DNA from: Klebsormidium nitens
Lineage: Eukaryota; Plantae; Klebsormidiophyceae
Length of the DNA: 64,000 nt
NCBI GenBank assembly: GCA_000708835.1
Contig: DF237032.1
Coordinates: 62,001-126,000, forward strand
Direction of reading: 5' to 3'
The first letter of the stretch is position 1. The number at the start of each line of letters is the position of its first letter. A program made the position numbers and the translations under genes. The notes below the pieces were generated by a model. That model saw only the letters and a program-made list of their open reading frames with translations, did not search any database and was not told the DNA's origin. This document shows, one piece after another, positions 35,596 through 47,426 of this stretch.

Positions 35596-38500
35596 CTAAT
35601 AGTCCTCGTCCATGACGTGAACGTCCGGTAGGTCCCTAAAGTCCTCCTGCATTTTCACCTCCTTGGAGATTGGAACCTGCAAACGATCGGAAATGCTTTG
35701 AGCCCCTCAGTTCTTACTCGAACTGCATCGGGATGGTCAGTCCAAAAAGACTGCTTCAAACAGATTCTCGCACGAGTGCAGGCCTTTCAGAGCCACACCA
35801 CACTGAGAGAACGTTGAAGAAACAAGGAGCATCATTTTCGACAGGGCTGGTGACAAAGGGACAGGCAAATTGAACTAGGACTTGACAAACAATTGTCCGA
35901 TGAAACGGTCGAACGAAGCTGCGGATAAGAAGCACATCCGGGGATGATAAAAACGGCTGCCACCGGTTACCTGAGACACCGCAGCCCGGGGGGCACCCCC
36001 CGGGAGCTTCTGCCCACGCGAGCTGCTGTTGGCGAGTTCCCGGTGGATCTCTGGTGTGACCTGGTAATGGCTGTGCTTCTGCATCAGCCGCCTCAGCTGC
36101 TGCTTGTCGCCCTCGTCCAAGTCGTTCTTGTACCTGCGGTTTTGGAAACAGGGGTCAGAAGAGCAGATATCAATGGTCATTCAGGAATCATGCAGTATTA
36201 AGCGGAAGCCCCGCGACGATTCAAGGAAGGCCTTCCAGGAACAAAAACTCTCCGACATACCACCAGCATGCTGCGCAGTATTGAGCAGCCGAAACAAGAA
36301 ACAGTCATCATCATGGCCCTTGTTAGAGCAAACCCCCAGGAAAAGTGGTTTCCCTGGATGTCGGGCGATACCAGCACCATGAAGAAAACGAAAAGGAAAA
36401 CGAAAGCAGCAGCAATGTTGAACCTCTAAGCAGACAGAACATCTCAAGCCTCCATCAGCACATGAAATTGGCCCCCAATACGTTGTATGGCACGGGTACG
36501 GCGATTGAGGAGCCCAGCGAAATATGACAACTGTCTTATGACCGATGCCCCACGTCTGCACGAAGCAGAGCAGTTCTGGGTGCCACACAGCGGGCGGCGG
36601 CCGGTTGACCTCGAGAGGTTACAAGCACCGGTTGAGAGCAGTCCAAGACGCTTGACGCCCTCTATGAGCACGCAACTTGCTCCCATCACGACACAACCGC
36701 GGCGGCTGAGAGACCAAGCAAAACTTAACAGCTTTCAAATACCGATGCCTCACCGTTGTACGAAGCACAGCAGAGCCTGGTGCCACACGACGGGCGGCTG
36801 CCGATCGTCGGCCAGGGAGTTGACACAAGTAGCTCAGAGCATCATAGAAAATCCACACCTCTATAAGCACGACGCATACCCCCAATAAGTCAATAGAAAA
36901 ACCGCGAAACCGCGATAAATCTAATGCTTGTCAAATTACCGATGCCTCACCGTTGCACGAAGCACAGCAGAGCTTGGTGCCACACGACGGGCAGCTGCCG
37001 GTCGTCGGCCTGGAAGTTAACGAAGTGGGCCACCAGCGCGTCCAGGACCCGGTACGGGAGAGCGTACTTCTTGTCCAGCAGCAACCGCAAAAAGTAACTG
37101 CAACAGGGGCGGGAAGCAGATGTTTTCATCGGCAGTTGCTTTGCATCGGCAGAGCTTCTCGAATGCGCAACCCGATTGAGTTGAGTGAAAAAGAAAGCAC
37201 CAGGGAACAGTAAATGAGATGGGTGGGGTTACTAAGGGGGGTAGGGTGGGTGCAAGTGCGGCGAGCGTGAACCTTTGTTTCCACGGCTTGAGTTCAACTC
37301 AAAGGACTTCAATCCAACAGGCTTTTGATTCGCTGGGCGTTCGAGAACCACCGAAGGCGTGCAGAGCCTTTGCTGGCTGTTGTGTCAGGCAGGGGCTTGT
37401 GACGTCCAAACGTTTGTTCTCTCTTCGCTGAGGTTGTTACATACCGGACCGGAAAAGCCCAAGGGGGCAGCAGCTATGTCTTTGCTCGTTAGGGAGAACC
37501 ACCGCCACCACGACACGGCAAGCCCAGGGCTTAAATCCGCGCGACGAAGTTCATTTCGCAAAGAGAAGGGTTCATCATGCACAGAGTCAGCCCGCTTTGA
37601 TCCGGGTATTGCTCGAAGGAACTCAGAATGTTCGGGGAATTGATCGATCTGTTGTCACCGTTTGACGCAAGAAGAGGACGCAACGCGGCTCGCGTGTCTG
37701 CTCTGTTGCCTGGACGATGACTGGGCTTTGCTGTGCGGAGCTTCATGAGGACGGCTGAGACGACCGGCAGCGGCGCAAGCGCCACCGCCTCGCAGCCGTC
37801 CACTCAGGCTCCGGTCAAAAGAGATACTCTGCAAGTCTTTTGAACGACGCAACTTCGAAAGCAGGATCCGGAACGAAAACAAATATCTAGATGTTGCCTC
37901 TTTGGGCGAATGCTACTTTGACAGCTGGATCCGGAGCAAGCAACCTGGAAGAGGTGTTTCGAGATGATATTTCGGAGAATCTGAAAGACGTGTTTCGGAA
38001 TGATTATTTCGGAAACGGCTAGCAATGGCCGAGAGGAATGTCAATTACTGCAGCATCGCTGGCCAAACCCAAGTGAGATCCGACGTGACCACCTCAACGT
38101 CTTGTTTTACATCGGCGACATTTCAATAAAAAAGAGACCAGTCACGACCTTCTTTTCTGAGCTGGTCACTGATATGTATATCTTTAGCTCACCTGTTCGT
38201 CCCGGAGTAAGGCATCTGTGCGATCTTCAGAAGCGCCACGCTCGAGTGCAGCACGGGTATCGACACCTTTTGCAGCACGCTTCCGACGATGACCGCTTCC
38301 CGCAACGTACACGTGCCGGAAGCGCACAGCGGCAGCAGAATGCCTTTGTAGAAGGCGGCCGGCTTGTAAACAGCCTTTTTTAGCGCCTGATAAAGGGCGA
38401 AGTGCAGCTTCTTATGCTCGGCGATGTCGTCGCGCAACCGGGGGAGGAGGACGAGGGAGTAAAACCTGTGACGGGTGGCCAAGAAAGTCAGGATTTCAAC

Positions 38501-40956
38501 GATTTCGTAGGCCGTTTTGGATGATATACCCTTTGCATCGGGTTCTAGTAAACCGTAATCGTCGGCTGAAGAGCCGCTGGGCATATTCGGTGCAAATTAT
38601 TCCCGTGCAAGATCCAAGGTGTTAGACACGACAGGCATTAACTCGAAACAAGGGGAGAAGCGTGACTTGTCGTGGAGAGGACTCGTAAGCCCTCAAACAA
38701 TTCTGTCAGCAGCATCAGAAGTAAAGAAGCACGTTTCATTAAGAGTGCGATGACATTCACTCCCTTGATGATAACAACCAAAAGCAGAATTCGCAGAACG
38801 TGCGCAGCCTTTGGTGCTTACCTTTGTGCCATCTTCGCGTTCAGATTCGAGGCGAAGAGCCTGGTCGCTTGATAGACTGCGCCCGGCGACCATTTCTCGG
38901 GCTCCGTAAGGTACAGTATCTCCTCCCAATTGGCCAAGTTGGGTACGATTTTCAGCGCTTTGGGCACCTTTCCAGACCGATACCTGCAAGTAGCCACCGG
39001 GCAAATCAGCATGTGACCAACTCGCTCTCGGAATGCGCAACCTGTCCCCAACGGAAGCGCCCTGCCTCTTTGGAATTCAGGGAGATGGCAAGAGTGATGA
39101 ATAAGAAGCAAAGCATCCTGAAGTTATTTAATCAACGACCTGCCAGACGTGAAAGAAGTGCTGCCAAAAAATATCTTCCACTGGCTCAAAACCGAAGACT
39201 GCCCTCCTGTCTTTGTGCCTGGCAAATTTCAAATCCTCAACCGACCATTTTCTGTACGACAAATGCTTCGATGATGACCGTCAATCATGGAACAACCACA
39301 CTTTCTATGCAACCCCTTCTGACCATCACCCCCCATGACTGCTGAAATCTACGAACCACCCCTCACCGGCTAAGCAGTTTCCCCACTCCCGTATACACCT
39401 CGACCACCTTTGGATCCAGCCCCGGTATCCGGGGCCCTGCCTCTTCCTCCTCCGTTTGATCCACCACAAGGCCTCGCTCTTGCCCCTTCTCCTGGATCTT
39501 TTCCATGATGATGTCCGCAAGCGTGCGGTGCGGGGCTGCCCCTGCGCTCATGAATGCAGCGAGGGCGCGCTCGTCCTCGTCCGTTACTTCCTGAAACAGT
39601 ACCGACAGAGACGTTGGGGAGACATTCATGAAAGTGAAGTTGCTGTCGCCTCCTTACAACAGACAGGAACGAGCTTCAAAATAGAGCAAGGGGAGCATGA
39701 TTGGACCAGGCCTTGTGATTAGTGTAAATACAACAACGTAAATTTTAAGATCCGTAGGACAGAAGATGTGTTCTGGTACACAAAAAGGGCTACGACGATT
39801 GCTGAGCCACCATGCCCTAAAGTTCGTTCGCAGATTCTCCTTCAAAAACAAGTTGATTACCGTCAACTTTAGATAAATCAACAGCCTCTTTGCGATCAGA
39901 GCCACGCAGTGCGATATCAAGAACAGGCCCAATATGTCAAGACACAAGAGCCTGAAACGTCGAACTCACCACCGCTTCCTCGTACTGGCTTTCCGTGTCT
40001 GAGAACAAGCCCTCCCGGTGCTCGTCCTCCTCATCGGTATCGCTATCCAGCCGGCTCGTCTCTACTGCCCCAAACGCTCGTCGTGTGGCAGCTACCCCAA
40101 TCTCTTCATCACTGAAAAAAACAACCAGGAGCATGGGAAGCTTTAGCTGGAGCCATTTACAATGACACTCAATAGGCAGCCCCGCTGTTAAGCATATCAT
40201 CCACAAACATTGTGAGACTTTCAGGAAGTGCTTTCGATAGTAGTTCAATGTTTTCTGAAATGCTGATGCCTGCAGCTCTGAAACATGGGGTGATGTGCAG
40301 GAAGTCTGCAAACCCTAATGCCGCAAGAGCCCTGGCCAGGCGGCATCAGCTGACGCACCCATGCCGACGATAAATGCAAACTTCAATGGCTGAAGGACAA
40401 AAAGTAGGGCCAAGGTGCCACCACCGCTGCCACCATCATGAAACTAAAATTTTACAAAATCACAACAGTCTGCCCACATGCCCTCCACTTGGGCATTAAC
40501 TCTAAGGCTTTTTCAAGGGTGGTGTTTGACCACTCAGAACCAACAGGTAGGGCATTGCTGGCAATGATGGTAATGGTGGTATGAACACCAATGACACCCC
40601 TGACGCCCAACTGCACGTTCTCGCACACTAGGAAGACACACTCTCTTCATCAAACAACTCCATCACGGTGGTGCCAATAACAGCAACTGAAAAGCCACCT
40701 CAGAAGGAGACACGACGCACCGTTCCTGATCCATCTCCTCCTGCTGCTTGCGCGCCTCCTGCAGGATCCTCTGCGTCGTTTTCTCCTCAACAAAGTCGCC
40801 ACCCTCCTGTCGTTTCCGCATTTTGGACGGTCTCTTTGACCCCGCTCTGCTCCTCTCATCCGGGTCTAGCGTCAGCTCATCTCCGAGAGACAGCTCGTGC
40901 TTATCGGCCGCCCGGCTGGGGGCGCCCCGCTTCTTCCTGCTCAAGGCACCCTTCAT
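35596..40956 (-). CDS. BYSL: Bystin / ENP1, 40S biogenesis factor
   Basis: Exons 40956-40721, 40111-39970, 39590-39367, 38983-38822, 38465-38193, 37097-36951, 36133-35971, 35676-35596, phases checked. Motifs [70 protein letters not shown] and [10 protein letters not shown]. Confidence 0.95.
36541..37030 (-). repeat. Tandem triplication of the bystin exon 6 3' part plus donor (period about 197-200 bp)
   Basis: Copies start at 36938 (true), 36741 and 36541. The 36741 copy differs at 7 of 83 nt by hand count and keeps donor GTGAGG. The 36541 copy is more degraded, with donor GTGGGG. Confidence 0.92.
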
Positions 40957-41405
40957 TGCTAAAGTTGCTTTTTCAAAAACTGGTGTGGTGGTATAGCCCC
41001 GCAGCAATGATTCTGAGAAATGAAAAGGTGCCAGTGAAACTTTGTGGCAGACAAACTTTGTCAGAGGATCCAAGAGGATCCCTGCTTCTCTGTGCTCCTC
41101 TGGATTCATGCAATTCCAGCTCTTCTCTTGCATTCAAGTGGCAGAGATCCGGCCTAGAAACAACACACGCCAAGGTCTTATGGTAGACCGTTATCCGCGA
41201 CCGATCGTCGATGCCTGTATCGAACGGCCGAAATTGAGCCGAGGACACAAATTCCAAAGCAATTTGATCAAAAGTTGGTCAGGCACAAACTGTGAAGAGG
41301 ATTGTATATGATCATTTGTATCCCCTGCGAGACATTGTGAGGTCTTCAAGTTTGCGCTGAAGGAGCTCGGGCGCCTTTAATTTCAGCCGTGCGCCCCTTA
41401 GGAAG

Positions 41406-43145
41406 ATGGCGTCGGCACGATTGCTTTCTGCACTACCTGCGCCTCGGCACCAGGACCCCTTTCTGGGCCCTACGCTTGGGGCGGGCGTGCAGAATCTGTC
41501 TCGGGCGCTGGTTGCTCCATCCAAGCATAAGGAGCCGCCTGCGTATGGCAGAAGGCAAGGATTCGTACCCCGCAAAGTAGAGGACTTTGGGGATGGGGGT
41601 GCGTTCCCTGAAATCCACGTGGCTCAGTACCCCCTGGATATGGGCAGAAAGGAACAGAGGGGGGACAGCAAAACTCTACCTCTGAACGTTGATAAGGACG
41701 GCAACATAGCTTATGATGCAATTGTGAAGCAGGGGCAGAACGCGTCCAAGGTAGTGCACACGCAGCACAGCGCTCTGGTGCCGAAGCTGCATGATGTCAG
41801 CGAGGCGGAGCTGCAGCGGCCGGATGAGGAGCAGATTGCAGAGGCGACCGAGAAGACGCGCGCAGCGCTCGAGAAGGTGGTCAACAAGAAGATATCGTCT
41901 GCATCCAATGTGCTCGGCGCTCCTAAGGCGAAGGAAGCGCCGACCTACATCAAGTACACGCCGTCTCAGCAAGGAGCGGCGTTCAATTCTGGGGCCAAGG
42001 AGCGCGTAATTCGGATGATTGAGGCGCCTGTCGATCCATTGGAGCCTCCCAAGTTCAAGCACAAGAAGGTGCCAAAAGGCCCAGGGTCTCCTCCCGTCCC
42101 CGTCATGCACTCGCCCCCAAGAGCAGTCACCGTGCGCGATCAGCAGGATTGGAAGATTCCTCCCAGCATCTCCAACTGGAAGAACCCTAAGGGGTACACG
42201 ATCCCGCTCGACAAGCGGCTGGCGGCGGACGGGCGCAGCCTGCAGGACGTGCAGATCAACGACAACTTTGCAAAGCTGGCAGAGGCTCTGTACGTCGCCG
42301 AGCAGAAGGCGCGTGAGGCGGTTGAGATGCGGTCCAAGATTCAGCGGGAGCTGATGCTGAAGGAAAAGGAGAAAAAGGAGCAGGAGTTGCGCGCGCTGGC
42401 GCAGCGGGCGCGCATGGAGCGGGCCGGAGGGGTTGCGCCGAGGGCAGAGGAAGTCGGGGTTACCGAGAGAGCGGAAGCGGTGCCAGAGGCGGGTGAAACT
42501 AGAGAGGAGAGGGAGGAGCGGATGCGGAGGGACGCAATTCGGGAGGAACGGAAGCGGGACAGGGAGCGCGACCGCCGGCTTGACGCAAAGGAGGGCCACG
42601 GCGCCAAGAAGAGCAAGCTGACGCGCGACCGCGAGCGTGACATCAGCGAGAAGGTGGCGCTCGGCCAGGCGAACGTCACGGGCGGCGGGGAGGTTATGTA
42701 CGACCAGCGGCTGTTCAACCAGGAGCAGGGCATGGAGTCCGGTTTCGCTGCTGAGGATCAGTATAATATCTATGACAAGGGGCTGTTTGCCGGCGAGCGG
42801 CCGAGCGTTAGCGGGCTGTTCCGCCCGAGCAAAAACGCAGACGATGAGCTTTACGGGGGCGAAGGCGCGCTGGACAAGCTGGCAAACACGGATAGGTTTA
42901 AGCCGGATAGAGGCTTTGCGGGGGCAACGGAGAGTGCAGGGCCGCGGGATAGGCCGGTTGAGTTTGAGGCGAACGAAGCGGAGGCTGATCCATTCGGGCT
43001 GGATCAGTTCTTGACGGAGGTGCGCAAGGGCAAGAAGCTGGACAAGGTAGGGGCCTCGGGCACGATGCGTGCATCGGGGGGCGGGGGCGGAAACTATGAT
43101 GGGGGTTCGAACCGCAGCAGAGTGGACTTTGAGCGCGGCAGATAG
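41406..43145 (+). CDS. SKIP: SNW/SKI-interacting protein (SNW1/PRP45), single exon, 579 aa
   Basis: Uninterrupted ORF with GDGGAFPEIHVAQYPLDMGR, DPLEPPKFKHKKVP, PPSISNWKNPKGYTIPLDKRLAADGR, YDQRLFNQEQG and DPFGLDQFL. Confidence 0.97.
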   Translation: MASARLLSALPAPRHQDPFLGPTLGAGVQNLSRALVAPSKHKEPPAYGRRQGFVPRKVEDFGDGGAFPEIHVAQYPLDMGRKEQRGDSKTLPLNVDKDGNIAYDAIVKQGQNASKVVHTQHSALVPKLHDVSEAELQRPDEEQIAEATEKTRAALEKVVNKKISSASNVLGAPKAKEAPTYIKYTPSQQGAAFNSGAKERVIRMIEAPVDPLEPPKFKHKKVPKGPGSPPVPVMHSPPRAVTVRDQQDWKIPPSISNWKNPKGYTIPLDKRLAADGRSLQDVQINDNFAKLAEALYVAEQKAREAVEMRSKIQRELMLKEKEKKEQELRALAQRARMERAGGVAPRAEEVGVTERAEAVPEAGETREEREERMRRDAIREERKRDRERDRRLDAKEGHGAKKSKLTRDRERDISEKVALGQANVTGGGEVMYDQRLFNQEQGMESGFAAEDQYNIYDKGLFAGERPSVSGLFRPSKNADDELYGGEGALDKLANTDRFKPDRGFAGATESAGPRDRPVEFEANEAEADPFGLDQFLTEVRKGKKLDKVGASGTMRASGGGGGNYDGGSNRSRVDFERGR

Positions 43146-44552
43146 AGCAGGGGTTTGTCAGGAAGAGGAACTTGGCAGATCAGAATAGAGAATCAATAGA
43201 GTTTTGATGCTGCACATCGGACCGGAACAATTGAGCGTTATGGTTGGCTGGGAAGCGCAATGAGCTTGAAAAACCTTACCTTTGTGCTTGCTTTTTTGGA
43301 GCAAGACTGAAGATGGTCATGTATCTGTCTTGCGTGCTTGAGACCACGCAAACGACTGAGTTGCAGTGCATGAATACTGACGGATTGGGACAACGCCCTA
43401 GCAGCAGTGCCTTGATCAAGATAAGTTGCAGGATGAACATCATTCATGTTCTTTGCAACCGGCCATTTTTGACGGTCTGCAATGCTATATGTCTTTCTGC
43501 TTGAGACGGTCTTATATGCGTCCCGCTAACTCTCATCCTTCACGTAGACGTCGGTCTTGCCTTGTTTCAACGGATTCATACCCTGATGCATGGAGGTGGC
43601 CCGTAAGCGCTGGCGGAGTTGATCAGCACAATGTGCAGTTTTAGCACCCATGCACTAACTCTACCACTGATGACATGTCCATACAAAGCTTCCCCCCAGC
43701 GGCCCTTTGGAGCCTGCTCACGTCGCATCGACAATATTCGTTTCTATTCAAACAATTTTTAGCGCGCTGTAAGATTAGTTGGTCTTTGATCTTGGGTTAC
43801 AAATGGCTCAGGCCATTGAACCTGCCCGGGACGGCCGGGTTTGAATAATTCAGTGAGGGGATTTAGCTAGTGGACACGGGTGTGGAGCAAGACGTTGTTT
43901 CAGTAATCAGCTAGTGATAGCTCCGATCTTTAGGTTAACTTGAGAAGTTCTATTACTACTCCAGAGAGATGAAGCTGTTTCTAGGTTAATTCCGTCCTGC
44001 TGTGCAGAGATACTCGATACTGTCGAGCATCAGCTGCTCGCTGAACGCACGAATGCCTGCCCGCACACACACGGAAGCTCTGCTTCGCAGCCGACCGGCT
44101 TGCATGCTTGCCTCCCACGCTTGCACCAAGCTTGAAGTTGAAATTTTTAACCTGCGGGGACCGTACACCACTTTTCGACTCTGAGCTCCCTGTAGACGCT
44201 CTTCGTGCATGGCCTCCTTCGAGAAGTCGCATGGATAAGTCATGCGGCTTCTCACGCCTTCTCCGACTTTCCATCACCTCGAACAGGTAACCAAGAAGAA
44301 AGGCAATCTCCTTGCATGCGCTCTTTCTTCAGGCTGCATGACAGCGCCCTTATCTGATTCCTCCAAGCCAGACGCCGAACTCATCATCCAGGAACACTTT
44401 CTTTCCTTGCTTCTCTCTCGACCACCGCACTTCAGAACCAGTACTTTGCGCCGCCATTCTCTCTTCCACGGTTCTCCGCCGTTTCTTTCCGCCCTCCTTT
44501 CGATCTTTATTCGTTCTGACCTTTCAAAAGCTCCTAGAAAGCTTCTTTGGCC

Positions 44553-45654
44553 ATGGCTCTCCGCAGCGCTGCTCAAAAGTTAGCGACTCTCTCGCGAGGC
44601 ATGCAGAGTTTGCGCAGTACTGGTAAAATGAGCATGGCGACTCAGGCCAGGGCCAGGGACGGCACAGCGGATGACGCCAGCAGGCATGCTGACGCAGCAA
44701 GGAGCGGGCCGGACCTGGGAGAGCAGAGATCACAGACCACGAGGGATGCGCCTGATGATGCCCCGGTATGCAGATGATTGAGAGTTGTTTCAAGCGTGGT
44801 TTTGTGATTCTCATGCATTTCGGCAGAATCCGAAATGATGCGAGCAATCTCGCGATCAGATGAAGCATTTGCCATTTTTGTCAGATGTGCAATATCTAAA
44901 TTTCTCTTACTTATGCATGTTTGGTGTAGAAGGGCGCCTGATTGAAACGGACCGAGATTGCTTCGCGGGTTTTTATCCCTCTGTTGTCACCACAAGCAGT
45001 AGCGCTCGCGAAAGACAAATGTGAAGGACCTGAGTGTCAATTCAGCGAGAGTAGAATCTTCTTCGAAGAGCGTAGTTTTGCATCATCAAGGCTTTGATTC
45101 TTTCTGCTACTCTTCCTGCAAGCAAATGGAGATTTTAAGCTTGATTCCGAAAGCTCGGCGACGTTCTCTTGCAACTAGTGACTTCATCTTCTGTGAACAA
45201 AAGTGATGAATGCTCTCCGTATCTTCCTGCATTTTCTAAAGCGCGGAGAATGAAGCAGGATCGTTTAAACTGTTAGTTTGATCTGTAACACGAGATTACC
45301 ATCCTGCAGGTTTCGTTCTTCGTATCAGGTTCAGGAACCTCAAACTGTTTGATTACTGCAAGAAAATTCATTTTTCTGATTGGAATGCAATTTTCAGTTG
45401 AGGTGCAACTATTAGTACAGTCGAATTTGATTTTCCAAAAACATATCTGGCAGGACGTCAGGCCCCTGGAGGATTTCCAGTTCGATGAGTTCCTCCCGCC
45501 TGAGGAGGAAGAAGCGGTCGAAAAGTTGCGGATGTGGGAGCGGCTCGGGCTGACGAAGCTGGCGCTCAGCGGTGCGGCCGCGGAGGTTGGCACGTGGACC
45601 ACTGTGACTGCGACTCTGTCCACCGCAGTCAGGGTATACTCCAAGGCCAAGTAA
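44553..45654 (+). CDS. Hypothetical protein (about 137 aa) with mitochondrial-presequence-like N-terminus
   Basis: Exon 44553-44765 (CCG|GTATGC) and exon 45454-45654 (GGCAG|GAC) join in phase 0 and show GC-rich codon usage. N-terminus MALRSAAQKLATLSRGMQSLRST is rich in R/K/S/A and has no acidic residues. No family recognised. Confidence 0.6.
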
Positions 45655-47426
45655 GAAAGGCCGGCTTTCTTCCAGCTCTGGTTCTCGAGCTCACCGGTTC
45701 TCTTTTGCATCATTGTTGGCTGGTTGTCAGTTGACCGAAGCTTATCTTCAAGATGATACTGCAGGTAAAGCAGAGTCTGTTAATCGACGCACTCGTTTGC
45801 GAAATGCTAGGAGGCGGTCGAGGCCTAAAGCTCGACTGGGAAACCGGTTCTTAAGGAAACAGATTGTGTGACGTTGTATTGCACTGAATTCCAGGCCAGT
45901 CTTGTGCACTCTCTTCGCTGCTTCTTTGGCAATTGTTTCAGCCGAGCTGGATACGAAGTGACGGGTTTTGCCTGCATCTTTGGACTGAAAGTAACGCACC
46001 AGATGAAGAGTGGTGTTCCGGCCGACAAGGGTTTCATCTTGATGTTTGTCGCATCAAATGCACCTGAACTCTGTCCTCGGGCAGTCCGATGGTAAGAGCG
46101 TTTAGGCAAACTTCCTTGCTTCTGCAGGGGTGTCTTGTAATCAAGCGGGACCTCTCGATCGAGCTGAGGGCCGCCAGGCAGCATTGAGAGACTCGTAACA
46201 TAGAAAATCTCACACGAGGTGTAAGAGTAGATCAAGTCAGCTCATGAGCAACTTAATTGATTGTCGATATGCTGAGCCGCGGGCTGGCGATTGCTGTGGT
46301 TTTGAATGTTTTACTGGAAGGTATTGGAAAGGTAGCTCGCGATTGCACAGAATGGTCTAGCTGGGCTGTGAGGGGATGATTGGGACTTGTCGAAAAGAGC
46401 GCGTTCGTCATTCGATGGACTCCCGGGTAATATGCATGCAAGCTTCTTCCTCGCGAGATTGCCTTTTGCAAATGCGGATTGTGGTTGACTCATGACGCGC
46501 CAGAATCTAATAGCCTAAAAGTCATGAGTTGCAACGCATACTGCATGATCAACTGTTAAGTGATCGATACATGAAAGGTGTGTAGCTAAAGGCTGCCCTA
46601 CTGTAGCCTGTATGTACGTACGTGAGTTTCAAACTTAAATATGCGTGCCCGATAATCACGATCATGTGAACGCCCGTCAGCGCTTGGTAGGCGCACGTGG
46701 CCGTGCGCACCATGACGTACGACCAGGACCGGACACACCATTGCTAAGTTGCAAGCGATCACACACACCATTCTCACGAAAGCGCGGCTCTGGAAACAGC
46801 TTGCTCAGATACTGCGACGTCGGCAGCTGCAGCCGGGCCACGTATGGCTCAGCAAGTCGCACAGAAACTAAAAGCGGCCGGCGCCGCGCGGCCACGCCGG
46901 CGACTGATCACTCTGCCGGATCGCCACAGTACGCGTATACCTATACGTACATCTGTTCAAACCAATTTGGCATGGTTTCAAACCATATGCCATAAGCATG
47001 ATAATTGGTAAATTGATAAAGTTTAGCACGGATCACATGAGATCCGGTCAACCACATGCATCGCAATGAAAGGCGCGTACGCTCGGCATGTGCCGCGATT
47101 ATTTAGCCGTGTGACCGTCGCGCAGCTCTTAATTGGCCATCGATCATGTGGGGTTCCATACAATTAGATGTTAACGTCCTGGCCACATTGAACGCCGTGA
47201 CTCGAACAGCCGCCGGGGCAGTGACTGGGGCATGATACATTGCACAAAGCACAAACAAGCAAGGCCCCTAGCACGGGCATTTGGCCTCAATTACCGAGCA
47301 AAGCTCGGGAGTCTTCCATGGACCGCAATCGCTTTCGTCCTGTTATTGATTCGCATCCGAGCAGAACACTGCGTGGAATAAGCATACATCCCATTCAACA
47401 ACGCACTATTGTTCAACGTATCGACG

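Noticed and set aside
41676-42599. 307-aa antisense ORF, and similar shadow ORFs opposite LPA1, NAF1 and FZL exons
   Set aside because: These are the expected stop-poor reverse frames of GC-rich coding sequence, with no independent motifs.
43981-44576. Overlapping minus-strand ORFs between SKIP and the orphan gene
   Set aside because: There is no recognisable motif and no consistent splice model, and the region is probably the promoter and 5' UTR of the + strand orphan.
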